Assembly: GCA_040954595.2 (NCBI GenBank)
Contig: CM082579.2
Coordinates: 13,393,834 to 13,457,833 of the forward strand
DNA length: 64,000 nt
DNA from: Balanoglossus misakiensis
Taxonomy: Eukaryota > Animalia > Hemichordata
Direction of reading: 5' to 3'
Both the position numbers and the translations under genes were made by a program. Each line of letters starts with the position of its first letter. Positions within the stretch are counted from its first letter, which is position 1. Shown here one piece after another: positions 62,570-64,000 of the stretch. The notes under the pieces are model-generated. The model was not told the origin of the DNA. It ran no database searches and worked only from the letters and a program-made list of their open reading frames with translations.

Positions 62570-63420
62570 GTGGTACCTCATGAGATCGGTTGCGTCTGTA
62601 TGGATGTATGTCCGTTCACATCAAAAACTTGAAAACCGCTGAGCATATAACCTCGATATTTGGTGTGCAGATGCAGGCAGGGCTGTAGATGGGAGTTTGT
62701 TCAAATGAAGTTGTTGGGAAAAACGTAAATTTGGCCAAAACTCAGAAACTCAACAACCACTGGTCATATTGATTTGAAAATTGGTATGCATGTACCTTAT
62801 ATTAACCTCACACAGTTGTGTATGTTTTGAACTAATAGTTTGAATTTTCTATAATTTATGTATTTTTTTGTCTTTTTCCACATTTTTGGTAAAAAATCTA
62901 CTTTTCTGGAATTGATGACCTGACTTCTTTGAAATTTAGTATGGGGCTTCATATAGGTGATGTGAGTTATCAAAGTTTTGTTTAAATTTGCTGCAAAATT
63001 TGCAAATTTATAATTTTGGTGCAAATTTTGCCTTTTTGATCAATTTTTTTCTGTAAAACCATTTGTCAGATTGCTTTGAAATTTGGTAGGCATAGAGATG
63101 TGTGTTTGTCAAATCAATTTGTAGAATTCAATAGTATATTTTTGGGGTGAATATTGCCATTTTTGGTCAAAACTCTTTCTCAGAACCCTCTACCCCATTG
63201 CTTTGAAATTTGATTTGAAGGTTCCATGGTGAGTTGTCATGATGATTTACAAAACCTATGATGAAAGTGTCAATGTTTTGTGGGGGCAATGTCTTGTATT
63301 TTGGGGGTATATTTACCAATTTTGATAAAAAATTATATTTCTCAGAAAGTGTACACTGTATGGCTGATTTCTATAAATTTTAGTTGTAAGTTAATGGGAT
63401 TGGCTTCTTTAGAATTATTA
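62570..63420 (+). repeat. Degenerate interspersed repeat with internal ~130-bp tandem units (Helentron/HINE-like)
   Basis: CGTCTGTATG..GTCCGT microsatellite seed followed by recurring (TTGC)TTTGAAATTTGGTA-like motifs at ~62775, 62930, 63072 and 63198. Confidence 0.4.
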
Positions 63421-64000
63421 TGAAATCATATCATAGGTAATTTGGAATTTCTACTGGGCTTGCGTTTGATATTTTATTTTTTACGCGCAGTGCACGCAAA
63501 GAGCCAATTTTTTTTTCGTGAAATTGTATTTGAAATACGTGCAACAAAATAGCGATAGACAAGCAGGCTTTCAGATAAACATACTTGAATGAGTTCTCCC
63601 TTCATGTCTAGATGGCCCAACACAAAAAATATCATTTAGAATGTAGCGAATAAAGTACATAAACATCATGAAAGAGACTGTGTACAGTGGTCCCCCCCCC
63701 CCCCCCGATACATATTAAGTACAGACAAGGTATGGAATTCTTGTGTTATATCATCAAGGAAAATGACCCAGAAGCCCTACTTGCTTTGTTATATCTAATG
63801 GCTTCTGTGTGCATAAATTATAGCCCGACACGTGTCAAGTTTGTGGCCTAGGTTACCGCACGTACATCATTGTGCGTCCTGCTACAGCATACAAGCGCGC
63901 GTACGCGTACATGTGTACAGGGCGCCTGACCGGCCAACCTTGACAAGGCGCTCCAGATAGCCTCGCCCGCTGTTATCTTTCAATGGATTTTTTGTGTGTG

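Overview
Eukaryotic (animal) genomic DNA, AT-rich with spliceosomal introns. The transposon spectrum suggests a marine invertebrate, which is an inference. The window is almost entirely a nested transposon graveyard. Bases 1-21.9 kb are a jumble of retrotransposon pieces (Ngaro/DIRS, Tx1/L1 ORF1 and ORF2, a split and inverted Gypsy, BEL/Pao with 3' LTR, RTE-X) interleaved with a ~500-bp satellite that sits at most of the junctions. Bases 22.2-23.6 kb hold an orphan terminal exon of a Roco/DAPK-like (COR + death domain) gene with one in-frame TGA. Bases 29.5-47 kb hold a spliced Kolobok-type transposase pseudogene with a near-intact Sola1 transposon (32-bp TIRs, AAAT TSD) in one intron, a P-like MITE with a nested Harbinger-like MITE, and a decayed RAG1/Transib-core-like transposase with an inserted SAP motif. 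Bases 49985-58148 are a complete IS3EU-type DNA transposon (6-bp TSD, long TIRs with palindromic tandem arrays) carrying an intact two-exon DDE transposase and a convergent HECT E3-ligase gene. Its transposase intron contains a diverged antisense copy of the transposase's own catalytic exon, the most unusual signal found. No rRNA, tRNA or CRISPR array was seen. All family assignments come from motif recognition by eye, not database searches.
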